Of a stretch of 64,000 nucleotides of DNA, positions 1 to 10,108 are shown piece after piece (position 1 is the first letter of the stretch; every line of letters begins with the position of its first letter). The notes under the pieces were generated by a model. It saw only the letters and a list, made by a program, of their open reading frames with translations, ran no database searches and was not told where the DNA came from. This DNA is from an uncultured Thiotrichaceae bacterium (GTDB taxonomy: Bacteria > Pseudomonadota > Gammaproteobacteria > Thiotrichales > Thiotrichaceae): assembly GCA_902727985.1 (NCBI GenBank), contig CACVAY010000103.1, positions 11,086 through 75,085 on the forward strand. The letters are read 5' to 3'. A program made the translations under genes and the position numbers.

Positions 1-3000
1 GGCCCCCAGATTAAAGATTTTCCACCTAAGCCCATCGCTAAAGAAAATAACCCCGCTATCGTGGTCAGGGTTGTAATGATGATAGGAATTACGCGTCGTC
101 GTGAGGCAAAAATGATGGCATGTAGTGTGCCCATGCCCTTATTGCGTCGATCATTTGCTGCTGAAATCAGAACGATAGCTGAGTTAACGGCAATACCTGC
201 CAAAGCGACGACACCGTATAAGGTATAGAGGCTTAAAGGACTTTGTGTAAATAACAAGCCGAAGATGACTCCAGCGAAAGCCATAGGTATGGTGGCGAGT
301 ATCAGTAAGGGTTGAAAATAGCTTTTGAACTGCGTACCAAGAATTAGATACATCAGTCCAATACCGATCAGAAACAGTTTGCCCATAGCATCAATACTTT
401 CGTTAATATCATCAAGCTGGCCAGAGAAGTCCAAATCAATACTGGGATGTTCAGCTTTAATAGAATTCCAGTACTGCAAAAGCTTGGCGTTGGCAGTAAC
501 CGTATCAATGCTACATTTTGAATAGTCCTTCGCGGTTTTTTTCCTCTGCGGTTCTATTTGGCAAGTATAAAAGTCTTCATTCGGATACTTCTTCAGATCG
601 GCTTCAACAGAAATGGAGCGTCGAAAATTGTGATGACGAATATTCCCTACCGCGAGTTGCTTGTTTTGTTGAGTGAGTTCACTAAGGGCAATGCTTCCTC
701 GATTGGCGGTAGGAATTTGGAAATCCAGGATGTCATCAATATTGATGAATGATTGTTGATTAGCGCGTAAACGAATCCGTAATTTCTCGCCTTGATCTTG
801 CATATCTGCAACAATTTCACCATCAATGAGTAGGCTTATCGTTCGCATTACATCGTTGGGATTAATACCTGCAAGACGAACGGCATCATGATTTAGGCTT
901 AAGCTAAGTTCCATACGTCCACTTGTCGCATTGTCAGCGATATCGTCAATACCACCTATTGTTTCAAGATGAGCTTTGATCTTCTCAGCAACACGATTGA
1001 TTTCTACAAAATCATCGCCGCGGATTTTTACACTAATCGGTTTGCTGGCCGGAGGGCCCGAGGAAAATGTCAAAAAAGAAATGTTGTCAGCACCAGAAAT
1101 ACTAGTGACGTCTTTTCGCATCGACTCCACAATATCTTCAACACGGCGAGCATTCCCATAATCAGGCTTTAATCCAACGATGATTTGTCCATAACGGTTG
1201 CCAAATAGGGGTTCAGTCTCAGTGAACATCTGTCCAGCGTAACTGACAACTGATCTAGCTTCGTTATCTTGCAAGTGTTTTTTTACTTCTTGTTCGATTT
1301 CCAGTGTCTTGTTGAGAGTGTTGTCTAGCGTGGATGTAGCGGCCATTTCGACGTTTACGTAGAACAGGCGTAAGGTATCTGCGGCAAAAAAGTTTACTTT
1401 AATGAGTCCTGCAGCAAGAATGCCTATTGCAAGAAAAAACAAGAGCATTACCGTGCTTAAGGTGGTTTTAGGCCAACGTAAAGCATAAATCAATAAGATA
1501 GAATAGCGATGTCTAATCCAGCGCATGGCTCGTGAACGTAATTGCTGTATTTTTCCGGGTTTTCTCATATTACCTCCCATCGAGGCGACATGGGCGGGCA
1601 GCATCCAAAAGGCTTCCACAAGGCTCAATAGAAGAGCAATGGTGACGACTAGTGGGACTACCAGCATGAATTTTCCTAAGATTCCAGGTAGGAGCATCAA
1701 GGGTAAAAAGGCAGAGATGGTTGTTAGTACCGCGGTGGTAACGGGTTGTGCGACTTCTTGCAAGGATCGCACAGAGGCTTCAAGAGAATCCATGCCACGT
1801 TGCATGCGATAGTAGATGCTTTCGACGACCACAACCGCATCATCGACGAGCATGCCAAGTACAATCACTACACCCAGTAAGACTGTTACATTGAGTGTTT
1901 GTCCGATGGCTGAAAGAATCCAGAATGTGCCAGCTAGGATGAAAGGAATGCCAATCGCTGTGAGAAAGGCGATACGTAGCCCCAAAAATAGCCAGGCAAC
2001 CAAAAGAACAAAGGATAACCCTATCAAAGCGTTACTTTGCATGATGTTGATCGCTTTCAGGGTTTGTGGGGTGCCATCATCAACTAAGATGAGTTTAATA
2101 CCTGTTTTGTCACTGATAGTATTTTGTGAGATGAGATAGGCATTGATGTGTTCTAGCAGTTCGATAATGTTTGTATTATCTTGCTTCATAATGGCGAGTA
2201 AGACCGCTGGATTGCCATCGACACGGACTTTCTCTGAGGCTTTTTCCCGTGTGCGTTCAACCGTTGCAACGCGACTGATGGGGACTTCACCTTCTAAATC
2301 AACGATAGGTAGTTGACTGATAACTTCTGGATCACTGGTTTTCCCCGTTATGCTAACCAGCCAATTCTGTCCTTCTGTGTCGATAGTGCCTGCGGCAATA
2401 TCTTGGAACCAAGAGCGAATCGTATCAGAAATTTGCCCAGGCGTTAGATTGAATTGTTCCAGTAAATCTGGTTCAAAGCGTACCAATAATTCTGGCTCGT
2501 TGAGTGCTACCGTATCTACACGATCAATGCCTGACATTTGTTCGAAATATTGGGTGATATTACGTGTTGCGATGCGAAGGTTTTCATCGTCTGCGATTGA
2601 CGTTATCGCAACGGTGGCAGCGGGGTAAGCATTCCCGGATGTGATTTCGACAATTTGTGGGTCATCAATGCCATCAGGTAACAAGCTCTCGGCATTTTGA
2701 AGTTCGCGCCGCATGTCCGCGAGGCGTTTTTCAAAAAGTGCAGGGTTAAGATCCTCAAAACGCACCAGAATAGACGATACATTTTCGCGACTGGTACTGG
2801 AAACGAAGCGTAAGTCTGGAATGCCATCAATCGCGTCCTCGAGTACATCCGTAATACGTTTTTCAACATCCGAAGCGCTAGCGCCAGGGTACTGGGTAAT
2901 AATACTTATCCAGTTGAAGTTGATAGTGGGGTCTTGCTGTCTGGGAAGTGCTTGATAAGATAAAAAGCCCACCACCAGCACGAGGATAAAGGTCAGATTA

Positions 3001-3035
3001 GCCAGTACGTGGTTTTGCAGCAATCGATAGAACAT
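1..3035 (-). CDS. RND efflux transporter permease (AcrB/AcrD/AcrF family), 3' end beyond the window
   Basis: Manual translation from the ATG at 3035 gives MFYRLLQNHVLANLTF..., with the RND motifs GMLVDDAVVVVE and GIAVNSAIVLI. It is absent from the ORF track, consistent with no in-window stop, and lies 4 nt downstream of an MFP gene. Confidence 0.93.
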   Translation of the reverse strand, partial: MFYRLLQNHVLANLTFILVLVVGFLSYQALPRQQDPTINFNWISIITQYPGASASDVEKRITDVLEDAIDGIPDLRFVSSTSRENVSSILVRFEDLNPALFEKRLADMRRELQNAESLLPDGIDDPQIVEITSGNAYPAATVAITSIADDENLRIATRNITQYFEQMSGIDRVDTVALNEPELLVRFEPDLLEQFNLTPGQISDTIRSWFQDIAAGTIDTEGQNWLVSITGKTSDPEVISQLPIVDLEGEVPISRVATVERTREKASEKVRVDGNPAVLLAIMKQDNTNIIELLEHINAYLISQNTISDKTGIKLILVDDGTPQTLKAINIMQSNALIGLSFVLLVAWLFLGLRIAFLTAIGIPFILAGTFWILSAIGQTLNVTVLLGVVIVLGMLVDDAVVVVESIYYRMQRGMDSLEASVRSLQEVAQPVTTAVLTTISAFLPLMLLPGILGKFMLVVPLVVTIALLLSLVEAFWMLPAHVASMGGNMRKPGKIQQLRSRAMRWIRHRYSILLIYALRWPKTTLSTVMLLFFLAIGILAAGLIKVNFFAADTLRLFYVNVEMAATSTLDNTLNKTLEIEQEVKKHLQDNEARSVVSYAGQMFTETEPLFGNRYGQIIVGLKPDYGNARRVEDIVESMRKDVTSISGADNISFLTFSSGPPASKPISVKIRGDDFVEINRVAEKIKAHLETIGGIDDIADNATSGRMELSLSLNHDAVRLAGINPNDVMRTISLLIDGEIVADMQDQGEKLRIRLRANQQSFINIDDILDFQIPTANRGSIALSELTQQNKQLAVGNIRHHNFRRSISVEADLKKYPNEDFYTCQIEPQRKKTAKDYSKCSIDTVTANAKLLQYWNSIKAEHPSIDLDFSGQLDDINESIDAMGKLFLIGIGLMYLILGTQFKSYFQPLLILATIPMAFAGVIFGLLFTQSPLSLYTLYGVVALAGIAVNSAIVLISAANDRRNKGMGTLHAIIFASRRRVIPIIITTLTTIAGLFSLAMGLGGKSLIWG

Positions 3036-3039
3036 GTGC

Positions 3040-4089
3040 TTATTCGACGATGATGCTATCTGCATCTTGCAGCGTGAGGAGATTACTAATAATGAGTAGG
3101 GTCTCCCCCGGAAGCTCTGTTGTTGTGGACTGTCCTTCAATGGCATGATTGATAGGATGGAAGCTTGCAGATTGTTTGTCTTTTGTGATCATAACACCCA
3201 GTTTTCCATTTCTTTTGATAAGGTATTTTGCCGGCAAATATCCTTCATGGCTTTGCCATTGCACGCGTCCGCTTAAACCAATGATCAGTTTATCTGTTGC
3301 TGGTTTTTGTGAAAAACGAACCGTTAAGGAGTTGGTTTGTGGATCAATAATATTCACCATTGTGTCCAGCTTTAGTGAGGATTTTATGTTCTTTGCAATG
3401 AAATAAATATTTCTGGCCTGCTTAATAGACTGGCTTTTGATTGGCGTAAGTTGGGCCTCTACTTTAGATGCCTGGGTTTGTAATAAGCGTAATACAGGTT
3501 TTCCAGGAGTTAAAAAATCTCCCAAACTGCTGAGCCTTTCGGTGATTTGACCTTGGAAGGGAGCTTTTATCAAGCATTTATCAATAGTTAAATTACTAGC
3601 GGATAACAGAGCTTTTTTAAGAGCAACATCCGCTAAAGCTTGGTTTCTTTGAGCGAATGAAATATCGACATTATTTTGTGAAATCGTATTATTTTGGGAA
3701 AGTGATTGATTTCGCAAATATTGTTTTTTAGCGAGTTCATACTGGGCTTTTGCAGCATCAAGTGCAGCTTTGGCTTGCTGTCGTTGATTTGTGTAGTCTT
3801 TACAATCTATTTCTAGCAATATTTGGTTTTTTTCAACTATATCCCCTTTTTCAATATGTATTTTGATGACTCTGCCACTGACTTCTGCGGCCAGTAAAGC
3901 ATGGTTAATATTGACTATTTTTGCTGGCGCACTTTCTATTTTGTGGCGAAGTAGCTCCGAAAGAGGTTCTATAGCGACTGTGACACCTTCTTTCGCATGG
4001 AGGGTCGTAGTAAGTAAGCACACAAAGAGCAATATTTTGATAAATAAGAGAGTTTTATGGATGTGCCTCCACATTTTTATTAGATTCAT
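3040..4089 (-). CDS. RND periplasmic adaptor (membrane fusion protein)
   Basis: Has an N-terminal signal/anchor, lipoyl-like half motifs (AEVSGRVIKIHIEKGDIV; IKAPFQGQI) and an alpha-hairpin, and is adjacent to the RND pump. Confidence 0.92.
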   Translation of the reverse strand: MNLIKMWRHIHKTLLFIKILLFVCLLTTTLHAKEGVTVAIEPLSELLRHKIESAPAKIVNINHALLAAEVSGRVIKIHIEKGDIVEKNQILLEIDCKDYTNQRQQAKAALDAAKAQYELAKKQYLRNQSLSQNNTISQNNVDISFAQRNQALADVALKKALLSASNLTIDKCLIKAPFQGQITERLSSLGDFLTPGKPVLRLLQTQASKVEAQLTPIKSQSIKQARNIYFIAKNIKSSLKLDTMVNIIDPQTNSLTVRFSQKPATDKLIIGLSGRVQWQSHEGYLPAKYLIKRNGKLGVMITKDKQSASFHPINHAIEGQSTTTELPGETLLIISNLLTLQDADSIIVE

Positions 4090-4355
4090 GAATTAGCTTT
4101 GCCAATGATTGCTCTTAGTCAATTTTTTATCTATAAGGCATTAAATTATAAGATATAGATGATAAAAAAGAGTAAAGGTCTCGGTTTAGTTGTTGTTTAT
4201 TGTGAAACATTATTGCTCTGGCGTAAGAAAGTATCAATGAGAGTGCTAATAGCGGTTAGCTGAAGAGAGGGCGATTGTCTGATAGCAATGAGGTTTGTGG
4301 AGAGAGAGTTTTGAAACCAAGGGGGAAATGAAAAAATAGGCATACTTCAGCTGCT

Positions 4356-4721
4356 TTACCTGCTACATGATGCTGGGCGAACATGAGAGTTTAAGCATCG
4401 TTTGTCCTTTTTAGCATTACGTGTTGCTTTAGGGTCTAGAATGAGTTCGTTCGCTTTTACCCAGCCCGTTTTTTTATTCCAAGTAATTTTCCTCCAGTAT
4501 TGTTTGCTATAGAGGCGTTTTTTGGATCTTTTGATAATCCACTTGGCTTTAGCTGGGATTTTGACAATTTTAGCTGAATGAATGGTGGGATCCTCATATA
4601 TGAAAAGTCCTTTTTCGGTGAGAGACTTAATCATATAAATTTCAATCTTTCCAGCATGAGAAACGTTAAAAAAGAAAGTCATTGATAAAATGTAAAAAAC
4701 TGTTTTTAGGGATTTTTTCAT
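4356..4721 (-). CDS. Secreted SH3b-like domain protein
   Basis: Signal peptide ending in SHA, followed by a WRKITWNKKTGWV segment typical of bacterial SH3 domains. Confidence 0.6.
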   Translation of the reverse strand: MKKSLKTVFYILSMTFFFNVSHAGKIEIYMIKSLTEKGLFIYEDPTIHSAKIVKIPAKAKWIIKRSKKRLYSKQYWRKITWNKKTGWVKANELILDPKATRNAKKDKRCLNSHVRPASCSR

Positions 4722-5142
4722 AGCATCTTTTTTCCCGAATGATTATATGTATAGCGCTTACAGCACTGACGAACGTGTGCATACTATCCCGCAATACTAA
4801 ATCTGCCAAATAGTATAACTTATAGCTGCGATTAGTTTTTTGTTGGTATAAGTTAAGTTAAAGTATTCGAATATTTAGACATAGTATTTTATATCTGTTT
4901 ATGGGTACATATATCCGTAAATTATTACCACTAATCTGTTTTTCAAAAGAAAATGGCCATGTTGCTTTTTTTTCAGAAGAATCATATTAGTATTTAATGA
5001 ACTATTCCTGATATAGCGGTTCAATGATAGACACTCTTTCTTGGGTGATTGTTATTGATGAGCCTGTATCAGGGGGCACTAAATTGTATTTCAAGGTGTC
5101 ACCATGTTATGACCTCTAAATAATTGGGACCGATACTTAACT

Positions 5143-5613
5143 ATGTTTGATGATATGCTACTAATGACTAATTGGCCCTTTTATGTGCTGTTCTTGTTGC
5201 TTGGTTTCATCTTTGGATGGGTAATAAAGGGGAACTGCCGTAGAAAGTTGCTAATGATGGAGGATGAGTGGCGTTCACGTTACCAATCACTAGAAGCTGA
5301 ATATGCTGATGTATTTGGTAATGCATCTTCTGATGACGCTATTCTAGCTGAAAACAAGAAGCTGAGTCGAAAACTTAAACAGATGGAGAAAGGGGCAAGG
5401 CTTTCTGCCAAAGAGGGGAAAAAGAACCTTGAAAGAATTCGTTTGCTTGAATCAGAGTCAGAAGAGTTTCAGGATCAAGTAAAAGATCAAGAGAAGTTAG
5501 TAACTTCTCTGCAAGATACCATTTTAAAACTTGATGAGAGTATCCACAGTACAGAAAGCAGGGTGCAGGTTTTAGAGGGTGAGCTTCAGACTATTGGTTT
5601 AGATACAAAGTAG
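5143..5613 (+). CDS. Hypothetical protein with one TM segment and a coiled coil
   Basis: Hydrophobic FYVLFLLLGFIFGW segment followed by an E/K/L-rich heptad region. Confidence 0.7.
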   Translation: MFDDMLLMTNWPFYVLFLLLGFIFGWVIKGNCRRKLLMMEDEWRSRYQSLEAEYADVFGNASSDDAILAENKKLSRKLKQMEKGARLSAKEGKKNLERIRLLESESEEFQDQVKDQEKLVTSLQDTILKLDESIHSTESRVQVLEGELQTIGLDTK

Positions 5614-5640
5614 GATGTTTAGAGCTATCTCTTCATCGTT

Positions 5641-6666
5641 TTATTTTTTGGTTAGGAGCATGGCATCACCATAGCTGAAGAAGCGGTATTTTTCAGCAAT
5701 GGCATGTTCATAGGCTTTAAAAATGTTTTCATAGCCTGAAAATGCAGATACCAGCATTAGGAGCGTTGAACCGGGTAAGTGGAAGTTTGTCACCATAATA
5801 TCGACAATACCAAATTCGAAACCTGGTGTGATAAATAGCTCTGTGTCCCCAGAATACGGTTGAATGCCACCTTTATGAAAAGCTGATTCCAAGCTTCTTA
5901 CAGAGGTAGTGCCTACGGCAACCACCCGTCCACCTGACTCTTTGCATGCGATGATTTTGTCGCAGGCTTCTTGATTAACGTCGATATATTCTGAATGCAT
6001 GACATGCTGGCTTAAGTCATCATGTTTTACAGGCTGAAATGTTCCTGCGCCAACATGTAGGGTAACTGATGCGGTGTTGATGCCTTTATCTTGGAGTTTT
6101 GTCATCAAGGCTTCATCAAAGTGAAGACCTGCAGTCGGGGCGGCAACAGCCCCTGGTTTGTCAGCAAAAATTGTTTGGTAGCGTTCTTTGTCGGCCTCCG
6201 TATCTTGGCGTTCAATATAGGGTGGAAGAGGGATGTGACCATACTCTTCTAGCAACTCGAGAATTGATGAGGTATCTGTTAATTGTAGTTCGAAGAGTGC
6301 GCCTTGCCTGCCGATAACTTCCATGCTGAACGCATTCTCGAGTGTAATCTGAGAACCCCCTTTGGGAGACTTACTAGCACGTATATGTGCTAGACAATTT
6401 GTATCACTCAAAACTCTTTCAATGAGAACTTCAATTTTTCCTCCTGTAGATTTAGTACCGAATAATCTAGCGGGTATTACACGAGTATCATTAAATACCA
6501 GCAGGTCATTGGGTCTTAGTACATGCTCGATATCAGCAAAGGTTCCATCGTTGATGGTGTTGGTTTCGCCTGATACTTGTAAGAGTCTACTTGCCCCTCT
6601 TTCTGCCAACGGTTGTTGTGCGATAAGCTCGGGGGGAAGGTCATAAATGAAGTCACTGAGTTTCAT
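5641..6666 (-). CDS. queA: S-adenosylmethionine:tRNA ribosyltransferase-isomerase
   Basis: Motifs LPPELIAQ, FNDTRVIPARL, AAPTAGLHF, HVGAGTF and YRFFSYGDAM. Confidence 0.98.
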   Translation of the reverse strand: MKLSDFIYDLPPELIAQQPLAERGASRLLQVSGETNTINDGTFADIEHVLRPNDLLVFNDTRVIPARLFGTKSTGGKIEVLIERVLSDTNCLAHIRASKSPKGGSQITLENAFSMEVIGRQGALFELQLTDTSSILELLEEYGHIPLPPYIERQDTEADKERYQTIFADKPGAVAAPTAGLHFDEALMTKLQDKGINTASVTLHVGAGTFQPVKHDDLSQHVMHSEYIDVNQEACDKIIACKESGGRVVAVGTTSVRSLESAFHKGGIQPYSGDTELFITPGFEFGIVDIMVTNFHLPGSTLLMLVSAFSGYENIFKAYEHAIAEKYRFFSYGDAMLLTKK

Positions 6667-6790
6667 GGGACAGGATTGTGACGATTTTTTTGGAGCGATA
6701 CAATGAAAATTACTTACGCGTGTTGATTCAGTTCCAATTTTTCATTCTCTCATCTAGTATGGCATCTCTTTTTTTATTTATATCACGCCT

Positions 6791-7468
6791 ATGCGAATTC
6801 AGGATCAACCAGACCCCTATATCGTCCCTCATTGCGAGAAGCAGATAGAAATTCTCCATCAAGACGATGATTTATTGCTCATCAATAAGCCTGATGGACT
6901 ATTAAGTGTTCCAGGGAGACACCCTTTGAATAAAGATAGTGTGATTAACCGCCTGCGTGAGGATTTTCCTGAAGCTGAGATGGCGCATCGACTTGATCTT
7001 GATACCTCGGGGATTATGGTGGTTCCCTTGCATAAAGAATGTTTAAGGTACGTTAATCGTTTATTTCAAGAGCGTGAAGTCGATAAGACCTATACTGCAG
7101 TTGTTTATGGCGTTGTTGAAGCAAATACTGGTAAAATCGAATTGCCTTTGATAAAAGACTGGCCAAATCGCCCCTTACAGAAAGTTTGTCATGAATCTGG
7201 AAAGTGGGCTTTGACGTACTATGAAGTAATGGAGCGGAATGAAATTGAGAATTCATCAAAGTTACTTTTGACTCCAGTTACTGGTCGGTCACATCAGCTG
7301 AGAATTCATCTTAGTAAAATTGATCATCCGATTTTGGGATGTGATATGTATGCCCACCAAGAAGGATATGATATGGCTGATCGACTTTTATTACATGCGA
7401 CAACGCTATCCTTCATTCATCCGAGTACAGGTGAGCGTTTACAGGGTGAATGTTTACCCGAATTTTGA
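6791..7468 (+). CDS. rluA: RluA-family pseudouridine synthase
   Basis: Motifs INKPDGLLSVPG, catalytic HRLDLDTSG and TGRSHQLRIH; 225 aa with no S4 domain. Confidence 0.9.
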   Translation: MRIQDQPDPYIVPHCEKQIEILHQDDDLLLINKPDGLLSVPGRHPLNKDSVINRLREDFPEAEMAHRLDLDTSGIMVVPLHKECLRYVNRLFQEREVDKTYTAVVYGVVEANTGKIELPLIKDWPNRPLQKVCHESGKWALTYYEVMERNEIENSSKLLLTPVTGRSHQLRIHLSKIDHPILGCDMYAHQEGYDMADRLLLHATTLSFIHPSTGERLQGECLPEF

Positions 7469-7708
7469 GGCGTTATTCTTTAGATTTGTTGTGGTCTCTA
7501 AAGAAATGTCGGGAATAAAGCTAGATTTTTAGGCTATAGTCCCCACTTAAGATATACTGTTGGGGAATGTCGAGAAGTTGAAAAAGGGCGGTCAGGTAAC
7601 TTTCATTTATATATTTGACAAGTTATATCTAAATTTCTAGGTGTATGAGTTTTATCCTAGATTACATGCCTCTGTTAGAAATATTGGCAGATTGAGAAAG
7701 TTGAAATA

Positions 7709-9883
7709 ATGATAAATCACAAATCTATACTGGCTACAGCTATACTGCTATTACCGCTTTTCAGCGTGAGTAGTTGTTATGGCAATGCACAAAATAATAC
7801 AACAGCTGTTGCGGAAGAGCCGTCAAATGAGACGCTGACACCTAGACACGGCTATGAATTGAGAACGATTGACCAACTTCTGGGAAAATATCATCTCAAA
7901 AAATTCACTTTAAATGATTCTTTCTCATTGAAGATTTGGGACAGTTATATTGAGCAGTTAGACCCTAATCGAATCTATTTTACACAGAAAGATATCGATG
8001 CTTTGTCGAAGCATAAAAACCAATTTGATGAGTATATTGAAAGCGGCAACACAACTGCCGCATTAGAAATCTTCAATGTCTATAAAAAGCGGGTCAAAGA
8101 ACGTTCAGTCTTTGCGGTAAAGCGTGTAAAGGAGCCCTTTAATTTTGCTTTAAATGAAAGTTATGTCATTGACCGCGCTGAAGAGAAATGGGCTGCGGAT
8201 ACACAAGCTCTAAATGATTTATGGCGAAAACGGATCAAGAATGACTTGATTAGTTTGAAACTTGCCGATGATAAAGAGAAAGACCCCATTGAGTCTTTAA
8301 CGCAACGTTATTCGAATTTAGCCAAGCGGACAACTCAATTAAAGCAAAATGAAGTGTTCCAGATTATTGCTAATTCATTTGCAGGTGCGCTAGAACCACA
8401 TACATCTTATTTCTCCCCCCGTGCGTCAGAAGAATTTAATATCCAGATGCGCTTATCGCTAGATGGTATCGGTGCGGTTTTACGAACTGAAGATGATTAT
8501 ACAAAAATCGTGAGTATAGTACCGGGTGGGCCTGCTGATAAGGTTGGTGTGCTGAAGGCTGGTGATTATATTACGGGTATTGCTCAGGGAACTGGTAAGC
8601 CGGTGAAAGAAGTCATTGGTATGCGTTTATCAGATGTGGTGAATCTCATTCGTGGGAAGAAAAACACAACGGTTGAGTTGACGTTCTTGCCAGGAGCTTC
8701 TGGGATTCATGGTAAAGCCCGGAAAGTATCGATTGTGCGCGATAAGGTTAAGCTTGAACATCAAGCAGCTAGTAAACGTATTATTGATGTTAATACAGAA
8801 ATTGGGAAGTCGAAGATTGGTGTCATTGATCTACCTTCGTTCTATATTGATTTTGAAGCACGTGCTCGAGGTGATAAAGATTTTCGCAGTACAACCCGAG
8901 ATGTTGAGAAACTGCTGAGTGAACTCAGAGATAAAGACAAAGTTGATGGGGTCGTTATTGATCTCCGCGGAAACGGTGGGGGCTCGCTCTCAGAAGTTAT
9001 TTCTCTAACAGGTTTGTTTATTGATGAAGGTCCTGTTGTACAAGTAAGAGATTCAGAGAATCGTAAGTTGGTACAAGATGATACATATCCTGGTATTGCT
9101 TACGACGGGCCTATTGCCGTTATGGTTGATCGAGGAAGTGCTTCTGCTTCAGAGATTTTTGCAGGCGCTATCAAAGATTATGATCGAGGCATTGTGATTG
9201 GTGAGACAACCTTTGGTAAAGGTACGGTGCAGACCATTTTACCGATTGGTTCCGGTAGTACTATGTTTAGTGGTTTTAAACGAGAAAGCTTGGGACAGGT
9301 GAAAATCACAACAGCGCAATTTTTTCGAGTGAATGGCGAAAGTACGCAGTACCGGGGTGTAGAGCCTGATATTACGTGGCCAATTCCAGAGCAACCTGAG
9401 GATTTTGGTGAGCGTTCACTGAAAAATGCAATTGACTGGACTTCGGTAGATAAGGCGCCATTTCGCAAATATCCAAAAGCAATTCACCCATCGGTATTAG
9501 ATCAGGAACGTAAGATATCAACCAATCGTATCCACCAGGATGAAAAATTCCTTGCGATGATTGATAAACTAAAATTACTGACGGATGCAGGTAAAGAAAA
9601 GCGTATTTCTTTGAGTTTAGAGACACGTAAAAAGAAGCGTGAAGAGTTTAATCACAAGTTGTTAACTGCAGAAAATAAAATACGTAAAGCGGATAAGCTT
9701 TCTGTTTATGCATCGATAAAGCAGATGCAGGATGAGCAATCTGCGCGCAGCGATGATATTTTCAATAAGGAGGAGCAACCTGTCGATCCTTTCTTGAAAG
9801 AAACGGCTAATATTTTGAGTGATATTCGTTATTTATCTTCCATAGACCAGCTGACTAAGAGTAAGTCTGTATCCCAGTTTTAG
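7709..9883 (+). CDS. prc: Carboxy-terminal processing protease (S41A, Tsp/Prc type)
   Basis: PDZ domain (GIGAVL...PGGPADK) plus DLRGNGGGSL, SASASEIFAGAI and TFGKGTVQ; 724 aa. Confidence 0.93.
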   Translation: MINHKSILATAILLLPLFSVSSCYGNAQNNTTAVAEEPSNETLTPRHGYELRTIDQLLGKYHLKKFTLNDSFSLKIWDSYIEQLDPNRIYFTQKDIDALSKHKNQFDEYIESGNTTAALEIFNVYKKRVKERSVFAVKRVKEPFNFALNESYVIDRAEEKWAADTQALNDLWRKRIKNDLISLKLADDKEKDPIESLTQRYSNLAKRTTQLKQNEVFQIIANSFAGALEPHTSYFSPRASEEFNIQMRLSLDGIGAVLRTEDDYTKIVSIVPGGPADKVGVLKAGDYITGIAQGTGKPVKEVIGMRLSDVVNLIRGKKNTTVELTFLPGASGIHGKARKVSIVRDKVKLEHQAASKRIIDVNTEIGKSKIGVIDLPSFYIDFEARARGDKDFRSTTRDVEKLLSELRDKDKVDGVVIDLRGNGGGSLSEVISLTGLFIDEGPVVQVRDSENRKLVQDDTYPGIAYDGPIAVMVDRGSASASEIFAGAIKDYDRGIVIGETTFGKGTVQTILPIGSGSTMFSGFKRESLGQVKITTAQFFRVNGESTQYRGVEPDITWPIPEQPEDFGERSLKNAIDWTSVDKAPFRKYPKAIHPSVLDQERKISTNRIHQDEKFLAMIDKLKLLTDAGKEKRISLSLETRKKKREEFNHKLLTAENKIRKADKLSVYASIKQMQDEQSARSDDIFNKEEQPVDPFLKETANILSDIRYLSSIDQLTKSKSVSQF

Positions 9884-9941
9884 AGAGAAATAACACTTGT
9901 CCTAATCATAGCCTAGAAAGCAAGAATGATGGTTAGCGCTT

Positions 9942-9967
9942 AAAGCCCCTTTTGTAGGGGCTTTTTT
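9942..9967 (+). terminator. Intrinsic terminator after prc
   Basis: AAAGCCCCT-tttgt-AGGGGCTTT followed by a T run. Confidence 0.85.
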
Positions 9968-10108
9968 GTGTGCCAGATTTCTAGAAAATGAAGATGGTGG
10001 AATAGGTCTAAATGTTATGAGAAGGGAGCTTAGGCGATATTTTATAGGGTAGTTGAATTTCGTGTTGTAGCTGGTTGTAAGGTTTAGAGAGCAGCAATCT
10101 TATAACGA

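Noticed and set aside
325..2955. Short ORFs over the RND gene
   Set aside because: They are antisense or alternate-frame shadows of the long minus-strand RND frame.
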